Shown here: positions 30,679 to 39,644 of the stretch, in pieces
Numbering within the stretch: position 1 is the stretch's first letter
Layout of the letters: each line of letters opens with the position of its first letter
NCBI GenBank assembly: GCA_947456625.1
Contig: CANGQJ010000006.1
Span: 42,259-106,258 of the forward strand
Reading direction: 5' to 3'
DNA length: 64,000 nucleotides
Source: Bacteroidota bacterium
GTDB taxonomy: Bacteria > Bacteroidota > Bacteroidia > Chitinophagales > Chitinophagaceae
Made by a program: the position numbers and the translations under genes
The notes under the pieces: model-generated
Told to the model about the DNA's origin: nothing
The model's input: the letters and a program-made list of their open reading frames with translations, nothing else
Database searches by the model: none

Positions 30679-33546
30679 TTGAAAAAAATAGGCTTTTTTT
30701 TATTTATTATTTGTATACAATCTAAAGCGCAAAATATTTCGCTTGCAGGAACTTGGCGCTTTAAATTGGACAACGCCAATATAGGAATACAACAAAATTG
30801 GCAAAACAGTGTCTTGGAGGACAATGTTCGTTTGCCAGGATCTTTATTGGAAAATAAAAAAGGCAATCCAGTTACACTTCAAACAAAATGGACGGGAAGT
30901 ATTTATGACAGTTCCTGGTATTTTAATCCCAGGTATGCAAAGTACAGGACAGCCAATAATTTAAAATTCCCTTTTTGGTTAACGCCTAATTATTATTATG
31001 TTGGCGCCGCTTGGTATCAAAAGGAAATTATGATTCCTAAAAATACAATTAGTAAAAACTATATCATTTTTTTGGAAAGGTGTCATACACAAACCACCCT
31101 TTGGTTGGACAACCAAAAAATGGGAACACAAAATTCATTGGTTGCACCACATGTTTATAATTTGCCCAATTTTATAAAACCAGGAAAACATATTATTACC
31201 ATTCGTATTGATAATAGCGTTGAAAATTTAAATGTAGGACCCGATAGTCATAGTATAACCGATCATACTCAAGGAAACTGGAATGGCATTGTTGGCAAAA
31301 TGGTGTTGCAAGTGCGACCAGCAGCCTATATGAGTAATGTGCAAGTATTTCCTAATATAAAGGAACAAAAAGCAGTTGTTAAAATTAATATTGCAGGATT
31401 GGCCAACCAAGCAAAAAGTATTCATATTAGTGCACAAAGTTTTAATACACAAAAAAACCACCATCCAAAGGATATTTGGTTAAATGTAAATTCAAACTTG
31501 GATAGCTTGGTAGTTGACTATGCAATGGGAAATAAATTTTTAACCTGGAGTGAGTTTGACCCTGCATTATATCATTTACAAATTACATTAACCAATAAAG
31601 ACGGTTCCATAGACCAGCAAGATGTTAATTTTGGGATGCGTGCATTTGAAATAAATGGCAAACAATTTACAATAAACAATCAAACTACTTTTTTAAGAGG
31701 CACGGTAGAGAATTGCGTTTTTCCTTTAACAGGATATCCTAGCATGCTAGTAAAGGACTGGGTGCGTATCTTTAAAAAGTGTAAAGCGTATGGTTTAAAT
31801 CATATGCGTTTTCATTCTTATTGTCCGCCAGCAGCTGCTTTTGAAGCTGCCAACCTAGTTGGTTTTTATTTGCAACCCGAGGGACCCAGTTGGGCAAATC
31901 ATGGCGTATCATTGGGGGATGGCTTACCTGTTGATGAATTTATTTATGAAGAAACCATGCGCATGGAAAAGTATTATGGTAACGCCCCATCCTATACAAT
32001 GCTTGCCTATGGCAATGAACCAAGAGGAGGTAAGCAAGTTGCTTACCTTACTAAATTTATTCAGTTTTGGAAAAACAGAGATGCAAGGCGTGTGTATACT
32101 GGGGCATCGGTTGCAATGAGTTGGCCATTAGTTCCTGAAAACCAATACATGGTAAAATCTGGTGCCAGAAATTTAGCTTGGAATAAAATGCCCGAAACCA
32201 TTTCGGATTATAGTGCCGCAATCAATGCATTTTCAGTTCCTTATATTGCACACGAAATGGGACAATGGTGCGTGACGCCCAACTATAAGGAAATTTCAAA
32301 GTACCAAGGGGTATATAAAGCAAAAAATTTAGAACTCTTTAAACAGGATTTACAGGATGCGGGCATGGCTAATTTGGCTAATAAGTTTTTACATGCTACT
32401 GGTAATTTACAAGTGCTTTGTTATAAAAATGAAATTGAAAAATCCCTGCGCACCCCTTTAAATGGTGGATTTCAATTACTTTCCTTAAACGATTATCCAG
32501 GTCAAGGTACTGCACTAGTGGGTGTGCTAGACGCTTTTTGGGACGAGAAAGGTTATGTGAATGCCAATGATTTTTCAAAATTTTGTAACGCCACGGTGCC
32601 TTTAATGCGCACTAGTAAATTTGTTTATACAAATAATGAAATCATAAAAGCAAGTGCCGAAATTTTTCATTACGGTGCACAGGATATAAAAAATGCAAAA
32701 ATTACTTGGAGTTTTAAAAAATTAAATGGGCAAGTAATTGCTAATGGTCATTTTGCTCCAATTACAATTGCAACTGGTAAAAATACAAGTATTGGAGCTA
32801 TTGAAATTAATGTAACGCCAATTACAAATGCAGTTCAATGTGAACTAGAAATTAAAATAAATGGCACTCCGTATAAAAATCAATGGAATTTTTGGGTATA
32901 TCCCGCTAGTGTTCCTAGTATTAAAAATGAAATTTTATATGCAAGTAGCATAAACGATACGGTAATACAAACCCTTGCAAAAGGAGGAAAGGTTTTTTTG
33001 AACTTGAATCAAAAAATTATAAAAGGCAAGGAAATAGTACAAAATTTTTTACCAGTTTTTTGGAATACCTCTTGGTTTAAAATGCGTCCACCACATACAT
33101 TAGGGTTTGTTGTAAATCCCAACCACCCTGCATTTGCTTATTTTCCAACACAAAATCACAGTGATATACAATGGTGGGAAATAATAAATGGCTCACAAGT
33201 AATGCATTTGGAAGATTTTGATAAAAACATAAGACCCTTAGTACAACCTATTGATACCTGGTTTATGAATCGTAGGTTAGCAATGCTATTGGAAGCAAAA
33301 GTGGGCAAGGGCAAACTCATGCTTACCAGTGCAAATATTGCCGATACTGCAACCGGTCTTGCCAATAAACAAATGTATTATAGTTTAATAAAGTACATGC
33401 AAACCAAAGCCTTTAACCCTAAAGACCAAGTGAGTGTAGCGCAAATACAAGCATTAACTACCACTGCTTCAAAATATGTTTTTAATGCATTTACCAATGC
33501 TTCGCCCGATGAACTAAAACCCAAACAAATATTAAATAAACTATAA
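30679..33546 (+). CDS. GH2 glycoside hydrolase (TTG start)
   Basis: GH2 sugar-binding N-domain, FGMR, RFHSYCPP, GNE and HEMG motifs. Confidence 0.85.
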   Translation: MKKIGFFLFIICIQSKAQNISLAGTWRFKLDNANIGIQQNWQNSVLEDNVRLPGSLLENKKGNPVTLQTKWTGSIYDSSWYFNPRYAKYRTANNLKFPFWLTPNYYYVGAAWYQKEIMIPKNTISKNYIIFLERCHTQTTLWLDNQKMGTQNSLVAPHVYNLPNFIKPGKHIITIRIDNSVENLNVGPDSHSITDHTQGNWNGIVGKMVLQVRPAAYMSNVQVFPNIKEQKAVVKINIAGLANQAKSIHISAQSFNTQKNHHPKDIWLNVNSNLDSLVVDYAMGNKFLTWSEFDPALYHLQITLTNKDGSIDQQDVNFGMRAFEINGKQFTINNQTTFLRGTVENCVFPLTGYPSMLVKDWVRIFKKCKAYGLNHMRFHSYCPPAAAFEAANLVGFYLQPEGPSWANHGVSLGDGLPVDEFIYEETMRMEKYYGNAPSYTMLAYGNEPRGGKQVAYLTKFIQFWKNRDARRVYTGASVAMSWPLVPENQYMVKSGARNLAWNKMPETISDYSAAINAFSVPYIAHEMGQWCVTPNYKEISKYQGVYKAKNLELFKQDLQDAGMANLANKFLHATGNLQVLCYKNEIEKSLRTPLNGGFQLLSLNDYPGQGTALVGVLDAFWDEKGYVNANDFSKFCNATVPLMRTSKFVYTNNEIIKASAEIFHYGAQDIKNAKITWSFKKLNGQVIANGHFAPITIATGKNTSIGAIEINVTPITNAVQCELEIKINGTPYKNQWNFWVYPASVPSIKNEILYASSINDTVIQTLAKGGKVFLNLNQKIIKGKEIVQNFLPVFWNTSWFKMRPPHTLGFVVNPNHPAFAYFPTQNHSDIQWWEIINGSQVMHLEDFDKNIRPLVQPIDTWFMNRRLAMLLEAKVGKGKLMLTSANIADTATGLANKQMYYSLIKYMQTKAFNPKDQVSVAQIQALTTTASKYVFNAFTNASPDELKPKQILNKL

Positions 33547-33553
33547 AATTAAG

Positions 33554-34546
33554 ATGAGAAAAATTATAATTTGCTTTTTACTTTTCGCATTTTCACAAAG
33601 TAATTTATTGGCACAGCAAGCCAATGTGCGCCCTTTTTATAAACCAAATTTAGTAGTAGCTAAGGATGGTAGTGGCGATTACACCACAGTGCAAGAAGCT
33701 ATTGACGCAGTAAGGGCTTACACTCCGGTGCATGTAACTATTAACATTAAAAATGGCACTTATCATGAAAAAGTAACTATACCGGCTTGGGTAAATAATT
33801 TATCCATAATTGGTGAGAGTAAGGAAAAGACAATTATTAGTTACGAGGATTATGCGGGTAAATTTTTTAGTACCGACACGGTACATAACAAAAATAAACA
33901 CACCACTTTCACATCGGCTACTTGGTTTGTTTATGGCAATGATATAACCATGGAAAATTTAACTATTAAAAACGAGGCTGGAAGAGTAGGGCAAGGGCTT
34001 GCGTTGCATGTAAATGGAAGCCGTTTTATTTTAAGAAATTGTAATTTAATTGGTAATCAGGATACTTTATTTGCTACCAACGACGAGAGTGAGCAATTTT
34101 ATGACCATTGTTACATAGAGGGTACTACCGATTTTATTTTTGGAAGTGCTACCGCCGTATTTTATAACTGCACCATAAAATCCTTAATAAACTCTTATAT
34201 CACAGCAGCCTCTACCATGCCGCAACAAAAGTATGGTTATGTATTTTTGGATTGCAGTTTAATTGCAGGACCTGAGTGTACACAAACTTATTTGGGAAGA
34301 CCATGGCGTGCCAATGCAAAAACGGTTTTTATAGGTTGTGAAATGGGTGCGCATATTAATCCAGTGGGTTGGCATAACTGGGATAACGCAGCCAACGAAA
34401 AAACTGCTTATTATGGCGAATATGCTTCAAAAGGACCAGGGGCAAATACAAGTAAAAGGGTACCCTGGGCGCACTTTTTAAGCGAACAGGAAGCAAATGA
34501 TTACAGCTTATATAAAATATTTGGAAATTGGAACCCATTAAAGTAA
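33554..34546 (+). CDS. Pectin methylesterase (CE8)
   Basis: VAKDGSGDY, QDTL, DFIFG and YLGRPW signatures. Confidence 0.95.
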   Translation: MRKIIICFLLFAFSQSNLLAQQANVRPFYKPNLVVAKDGSGDYTTVQEAIDAVRAYTPVHVTINIKNGTYHEKVTIPAWVNNLSIIGESKEKTIISYEDYAGKFFSTDTVHNKNKHTTFTSATWFVYGNDITMENLTIKNEAGRVGQGLALHVNGSRFILRNCNLIGNQDTLFATNDESEQFYDHCYIEGTTDFIFGSATAVFYNCTIKSLINSYITAASTMPQQKYGYVFLDCSLIAGPECTQTYLGRPWRANAKTVFIGCEMGAHINPVGWHNWDNAANEKTAYYGEYASKGPGANTSKRVPWAHFLSEQEANDYSLYKIFGNWNPLK

Positions 34547-34619
34547 CTTAAATAATTATTCATTGAGGAACTATAATGGCTACTTAATAATTAAATAATA
34601 ACGATTTAAAAAAGCACAT

Positions 34620-35978
34620 ATGAAAAATTCTAGACGAAGTTTTATTGTTAAATCTGCAAAAGCAGTTTCTGGAGCTTACTTAGGAGCGGTAGGCTTTTCA
34701 GCTAAAAGTTACGGAAATATAATTGGCGCCAATGACAAAGTTCGCGTTGGAGTAGTAGGTTTCTCGGATCGTTTTAGAGGAGCACATCTTCCTTCTTTTA
34801 TGCAACACAACAAGGAATTAAATTTTGATATTGTAGCAGTATCAGATATCTGGAAAGTAAGAAGAGAAGAAGGCGTTGCTTACTTAAAACAAAAATTAGA
34901 TCATGATATTAGAGGTGCAGTAAACAACGATGCACTATATGCTGCAAAAGACATTGATGCTGTATTTATTAGTACACCCGATTTCCAACACGCAAATCAT
35001 GCAGCAGAAGCAGTGAAAGCAGGTATGGATGTTTACTGTGAAAAACCTTTTGCAGAAACAATGGAGGACAATCGCAATGCTTATAAAACCATTAAAGCCT
35101 CCGACAGAATTGTACAAATTGGTTCTCAGCGCCGCAGTGGTAGCAACTATAAAGCAGCCGCAGATTTTATCCAATCTGGAAAATTTGGTCCCATTACCAT
35201 GGTTGAATTAGCATGGAATGTAAACCAACCAGGTCGTTGGAGAAGACCGGACTTGGTAGCAAAATGTAAAAAAGAAGATTTAGATTGGAATAGATATTTA
35301 ATGAATCGTCCTTACGAGGACTTTGATCCAAGAAAATATTTAGAGTATCGTTTATTCTGGCCATATTCTTCAGGTTTAGCTGGACAATGGATGTCACACC
35401 AAATTGACACAGTGCATTGGTTTAGTGGTTTACAAAATCCTAGATCAGTAACTGCTAATGGTGGAATTTATCAATGGAAGGACGGTCGTAAAAACTGGGA
35501 TACTGTTACAGCCGTATTTGATTACGGTCCTGCAAATGATCCTACCACAGGTTTCCAAGTTGTGTTTAGTTCTAGAATGCACAACGGTGAAGAAAAGCCA
35601 ACCGAAATGTATTTTTCTAACGGAGGTGAATTAAACTTAATTAACAACACCGTTTCACCAAAAGGTGGTTTAACTGCAGGTTTTGCAAAAGCTATGAATA
35701 TGCAACCTAATTTATTGCCAAATATAAGTTTAACAGATCAAGAAATTAAAGTAGTTGCTTCTGCAAACACAGGTGCCGATCCTTTAACATCTGGTCACGT
35801 AAGAAACTGGATGGAGTGTATTCGTTCAAGAAAAACGCCTAACGCACCAGTAGAAGCGGGTTACCAACATTCCATTGCAACCATCATGACTAATGCAGCA
35901 GTTAAAACTGGAGCAAAAGTTACTTTTGATCAAGCAACACAAGAGGTTATGGCTAACGGCAAACCATTTAAGTATTAA
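34620..35978 (+). CDS. Gfo/Idh/MocA family oxidoreductase, Tat signal
   Basis: SRRSFI; CEKP; QIGSQRRS; WMSHQID. Confidence 0.9.
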   Translation: MKNSRRSFIVKSAKAVSGAYLGAVGFSAKSYGNIIGANDKVRVGVVGFSDRFRGAHLPSFMQHNKELNFDIVAVSDIWKVRREEGVAYLKQKLDHDIRGAVNNDALYAAKDIDAVFISTPDFQHANHAAEAVKAGMDVYCEKPFAETMEDNRNAYKTIKASDRIVQIGSQRRSGSNYKAAADFIQSGKFGPITMVELAWNVNQPGRWRRPDLVAKCKKEDLDWNRYLMNRPYEDFDPRKYLEYRLFWPYSSGLAGQWMSHQIDTVHWFSGLQNPRSVTANGGIYQWKDGRKNWDTVTAVFDYGPANDPTTGFQVVFSSRMHNGEEKPTEMYFSNGGELNLINNTVSPKGGLTAGFAKAMNMQPNLLPNISLTDQEIKVVASANTGADPLTSGHVRNWMECIRSRKTPNAPVEAGYQHSIATIMTNAAVKTGAKVTFDQATQEVMANGKPFKY

Positions 35979-36001
35979 TTAATAATTATTTAAATAATCA
36001 C

Positions 36002-36037
36002 AATCCCTATCTAATTAAAATAGATAGGGATTTTTTT
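36002..36037 (+). terminator. Intrinsic terminator
   Basis: AATCCCTATCTA-ATTAAAA-TAGATAGGGATT followed by a T run. Confidence 0.8.
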
Positions 36038-36046
36038 AAATTAGCA

Positions 36047-38089
36047 ATGCAAAAATTAAATAGCTCTAATATGCGTTTATCATTAACTACCGTTTTCTTA
36101 ATTAGTATTATGTCGTTCGCTGCTGCACAAAATAAAGTAAAGCAAGTAAAACTAGGTACTAAAAATGCACCCATTTTAAAAGTAAATGGGCTTGAGTTTA
36201 AGGATTTAAATAAAAATGGAAAACTTGATAAGTATGAGGATTGGCGTTTGCCAAATTCCTCACGCGCTTTGGATTTAGTTTCAAAAATGTCGGTTGAGGA
36301 CAAAGTTGGTTTTATGCTAATTAGTTCCAGTAGAATGAAAAACGATTGGTCATTTGAAGGTGCTAAGACACGTGAAACTATTACCAGTGATTTTAACGAA
36401 GAGGATTTGGTCCAAAAAATGAATATGTTTACAAGGCAACCGCTACCCATTGAAATGATGATGGCAGCGGGTACCACTAAAGCAATTCAACAATATAAAT
36501 TAAGACACTTTATTTTAAGAGCCAATGTAGATGCACGAACTACTGCACAGTGGGCTAATAAATTACAAGCATTATGTGAAAGTGATCCACTGGGTATACC
36601 AAGTGTAATAGCATCTAATCCAAGAAATCATATTACAAAAGATGCTTCCATTGGTTTAAGTGTGGGCACTACTACTTTTTCAACATGGCCATCTGAATTA
36701 GGATTGTCTGCAATGCATGATTTAAAATTAACAAGAACATTTGCCGATATCGCAAGACAAGAGTGGGCCGCAGTTGGACTTCGTAAAGGATATATGTATA
36801 TGGCCGATTTATCTACAGAGCCAAGATGGCAAAGAATAGAAGGTACATTTGGAGAAGATCCAGAGTGGGTTGGTAAAATGATTTATGAAGTTATTGTTGG
36901 TTTTCAAGGAACTAAATTAAACAGCACCTCTGTAGCGCTCACTACCAAACATTTTCCTGGTGGTGGAGCGGGTGAGGGTGGACAAGATCCACATTTCCCT
37001 TGGGGCAAGCGTGAAGTGTTTTCTTCTGGAAATTTAGACAACAATATTATTCCTTTTAAATATGCAATTAAGGCAGGTACATCTTCTATCATGCCATATT
37101 ATTCTTATCCAGTAGGCACTAAATATCCAGAAATTGCTTACGCTTATAACAAACCAGTATTGCAAGGCTTACTAAGAAAAGAGTTGGGCTTTAATGGCAT
37201 TATTAATTCCGATACAGGCCCAATTGAAATGATGCCCTGGGGAGCCGAAAATTTAACCATTGAGCAGCGATATATTAAAGCTATTGATGCAGGTGTAAAT
37301 ATTTTTTCAGGTAGCGCCGATCCTTCCAAACTTTTAGAAATTGTAAAAGCAGGAAAAGTAGATATGAAATTAATTGATACTTCGGTATATAAATTATTAT
37401 TGGAATTTTATCAATTAGGATTATTTGAAAATCCATATGTAGACGAGGAAGCAGCTGTAAAAATTGTAAACAATAAAGCATTCCAAGAAAAAGCAAATTT
37501 AGCTTTAAGAAAATCTATTGTGTTATTAAGAAACGAAAACAAAACACTTCCATTAACTAAAAAAACAACTAAAATTTATTTAGAGTCTTATATGCAAAAA
37601 AAGGGACAATCCGCAAGTAATGTATATAAGCCTAAAGGAGGCGAAGCCGTTGAGTTTGTTAGCAATCCCGAGGCTGCAGATATGATTGTGTTATGGATTA
37701 CACCAGGAGCTAAATCCTTATTCGAATCCGATGGCGGTCCCCTTTCGGTGATGCTTTCGAAAAGTGGCGTGGATGTTAAATATGTTAATGAGTTAACACA
37801 AAAAAAACCTACCGTGCTTGTAGTGAATTATACTAACCCTTGGGTAATTAGTGAAATTTACAATGCGCAAACTATGCCAAATATAAAAGCGGTGATTGCT
37901 ACTTTTGGAACTTCTACCGATGCATTGATTGATGTGATTACAGGTAAATTTAATCCAACTGGCAAAATGCCTTTTACAACACCAAGTTCAGAAAAGGAAG
38001 TGAGTGAAAATAAAGCCGATATCCCAGGTATTAAAGAATCAAAAACTTATCCATTATTTAAAGTAAACGAAGGGTTAAGCTATCACTAA
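36047..38089 (+). CDS. GH3 beta-glucosidase/xylosidase
   Basis: EPRWQRIEGTFGED, KHFPG, MPYY, NSD nucleophile, PTGKMP; N-terminal DLNKNGKLD EF-hand-like motif. Confidence 0.92.
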   Translation: MQKLNSSNMRLSLTTVFLISIMSFAAAQNKVKQVKLGTKNAPILKVNGLEFKDLNKNGKLDKYEDWRLPNSSRALDLVSKMSVEDKVGFMLISSSRMKNDWSFEGAKTRETITSDFNEEDLVQKMNMFTRQPLPIEMMMAAGTTKAIQQYKLRHFILRANVDARTTAQWANKLQALCESDPLGIPSVIASNPRNHITKDASIGLSVGTTTFSTWPSELGLSAMHDLKLTRTFADIARQEWAAVGLRKGYMYMADLSTEPRWQRIEGTFGEDPEWVGKMIYEVIVGFQGTKLNSTSVALTTKHFPGGGAGEGGQDPHFPWGKREVFSSGNLDNNIIPFKYAIKAGTSSIMPYYSYPVGTKYPEIAYAYNKPVLQGLLRKELGFNGIINSDTGPIEMMPWGAENLTIEQRYIKAIDAGVNIFSGSADPSKLLEIVKAGKVDMKLIDTSVYKLLLEFYQLGLFENPYVDEEAAVKIVNNKAFQEKANLALRKSIVLLRNENKTLPLTKKTTKIYLESYMQKKGQSASNVYKPKGGEAVEFVSNPEAADMIVLWITPGAKSLFESDGGPLSVMLSKSGVDVKYVNELTQKKPTVLVVNYTNPWVISEIYNAQTMPNIKAVIATFGTSTDALIDVITGKFNPTGKMPFTTPSSEKEVSENKADIPGIKESKTYPLFKVNEGLSYH

Positions 38090-38131
38090 TATTTTAACTT
38101 ACTAGATATTAGCTAGTGAATGCTATAAATT

Positions 38132-38167
38132 AAAAAAGCCGCTCCAAATATTGGAACGGCTTTTTTT
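38132..38167. terminator. Bidirectional intrinsic terminator between GH3 and the tRNA-like RNA
   Basis: AAAAAAGCCGcTCCAA-ATA-TTGGAaCGGCTTTTTTT, with A and T tracts on either side. Confidence 0.85.
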
Positions 38168-38170
38168 AGT

Positions 38171-38337
38171 TGCTGTAGGGGGAGGGGTCGAACCTCCAAG
38201 GGGCAGTTAGCCAAAACACAAAGTTGAGTGGTCTACCCTGGTCGCCTATTGCTAGGCGGCTCTATGTTTCGTTTATCCCGTGATCCCCACCTTCGAGACG
38301 AGAAGGCATGTCTGCCAAAAATTTCATCACCCCACAG
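38171..38337 (-). ncRNA. Atypical tRNA-like RNA: tRNA-Asp(GUC) identity on a class II scaffold with a 92-nt variable region
   Basis: Hand-folded on the minus strand: acceptor TGTGGGG/CCCTACA + G73; U8-G9; D stem ATG/CAT with GG in the loop; anticodon arm CCTTC-TCGTCTC-GAAGG; variable region closed by GGGG/CCCC; T arm GGAGG-TTCGACC-CCTCC. Confidence 0.8.
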
Positions 38338-38392
38338 TATTAAGAACTTATCATTTGAGCGTTTACAGTGTGTTTTCCCTCATTTGATATAT

Positions 38393-38424
38393 CAAAACTA
38401 ATGTAATGAGGTATATGTTGCAAA
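38393..38424 (-). promoter_or_regulatory. Bacteroidota primary-sigma promoter driving the tRNA-like RNA
   Basis: Minus strand TTTG (38424-38421), 20-nt spacer, TAGTTTTG (38400-38393): exact -33/-7 consensus. Confidence 0.8.
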
Positions 38425-38495
38425 TATTTTAAGTAATTATTTTAAAATATAGAATATTATTAATAAATTAGCTAATTATTTAAAAATAGTTAATA

Positions 38496-38984
38496 ATGGA
38501 ACAAAAATCAGCACCAAAATTAAACATTGACAAAAGCCTTGATAAGCTGGATTTGCAAATTATTCAAGCCATGATGCAGGATGCCGAGGTTTCCTATGCA
38601 GACCTAGGTAAACAATTTTTTGTTTCTGGTGGTACCATTCATGTACGTATTAAAAAGTTAGAAGAATTGGGCATCGTACAAGGTAAAAGGCTTGCTGTGG
38701 ACTTAAAAGTACTAGGGTATGATATCATTGCCTTTATAGGAATTTATTTAGAGAAGAGCTCCATGTATGATACCGTTGCACAAGCTTTAAAAGCAATTCC
38801 TCAGGTAGTGCGCGTGAACTATACAACTGGCAATTATAGCATGTTTGTGGAGATTGTTTGTAAAGACATTCAACAGCTTAGGTTTGTGTTGCACGACGAG
38901 TTGCAAAAAATTAAAGGCATTGAGCGGACCGAAACCTTAATTTCCTTAGAGGAAAGTTTTTCGCGTAATGTACGTATCGTATAA
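38496..38984 (+). CDS. asnC: Lrp/AsnC family transcriptional regulator
   Basis: LDKLDLQII..VSGGTIHVRIKKL HTH, YTTGNYS and IERTETLISL, closely AsnC-like. Confidence 0.9.
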   Translation: MEQKSAPKLNIDKSLDKLDLQIIQAMMQDAEVSYADLGKQFFVSGGTIHVRIKKLEELGIVQGKRLAVDLKVLGYDIIAFIGIYLEKSSMYDTVAQALKAIPQVVRVNYTTGNYSMFVEIVCKDIQQLRFVLHDELQKIKGIERTETLISLEESFSRNVRIV

Positions 38985-39018
38985 ATAATCGTTTGTAAAT
39001 TACATCAAACCTAGTTTA

Positions 39019-39624
39019 ATGAAACCTTGTAATTATAATGATGCCAGAAGGGGCTTTCTAAAAAAATCGGCTGCTATAGCTGCTTTATATTTAACCCCAT
39101 CTTTGTTAGTTAAAGCATTTGCAATTGATGCAGTGGTGCCAACCCCCATTGCTAAAGAAAAATTAACCATTACTATTAATGGAAAATTATTGAATCTTGA
39201 AATAGATGCAAGAACAACTATTTTAAATTTATTAAGAGAGGAGTTAAATTTCACAGGCACTAAAAAAGGTTGTGAAATGGGACAATGTGGTGCATGTACA
39301 ATACATATTAATGGGAAACGCACAAAGTCTTGTATGCAATTAGCTATAAGCAATCAAAATAATAGCATCACTACCATTGAGGGTTTAACAAATAGTGAAG
39401 TATTGCATCCTATGCAGGCAGCTTTTTTAAAACACGATGCTTTTCAGTGTGGCTATTGTACTTCTGGTCAAATTATGTCGGCGGTGGCTTGTGTTAGAGA
39501 AGGTCAAGCAAAATCAAGAGATAGTATTAAAAATTTTATGGACACCAATATTTGCAGATGTGGTGCGTATCAAAATATTGTAGATGCTATTGAGGAAGTA
39601 GCAAAAGCAGGAACTAAAATTTAA
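39019..39624 (+). CDS. (2Fe-2S)-binding small subunit of a xanthine-oxidase-family enzyme (PaoA/YagT-like), Tat signal
   Basis: RRGFLK; GCEMGQCGAC, QCGYC and CRC motifs. Confidence 0.92.
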   Translation: MKPCNYNDARRGFLKKSAAIAALYLTPSLLVKAFAIDAVVPTPIAKEKLTITINGKLLNLEIDARTTILNLLREELNFTGTKKGCEMGQCGACTIHINGKRTKSCMQLAISNQNNSITTIEGLTNSEVLHPMQAAFLKHDAFQCGYCTSGQIMSAVACVREGQAKSRDSIKNFMDTNICRCGAYQNIVDAIEEVAKAGTKI

Positions 39625-39644
39625 TCATCACCAATTTATATACC

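Noticed and set aside
38204-38284. Group I/II intron in a tRNA, or tmRNA
   Set aside because: 81 nt is far too short and the insert is not in the anticodon loop. There is no G3-U70 Ala acceptor or tag reading frame, and an intact anticodon arm is present.
38171-38337. tRNA-Sec (selC), suggested by a possible 8/5 acceptor/T stem, a long variable arm and selD in the window
   Set aside because: The anticodon is GUC, not UCA; the D stem is 3 bp rather than 6; no selA/selB is seen; the eighth pair is equally explained as C-1:G73.
38171-38337. Ordinary tRNA-Asp or tRNA-Leu
   Set aside because: C33, U37 and a 92-nt variable region are incompatible with a standard elongator tRNA.
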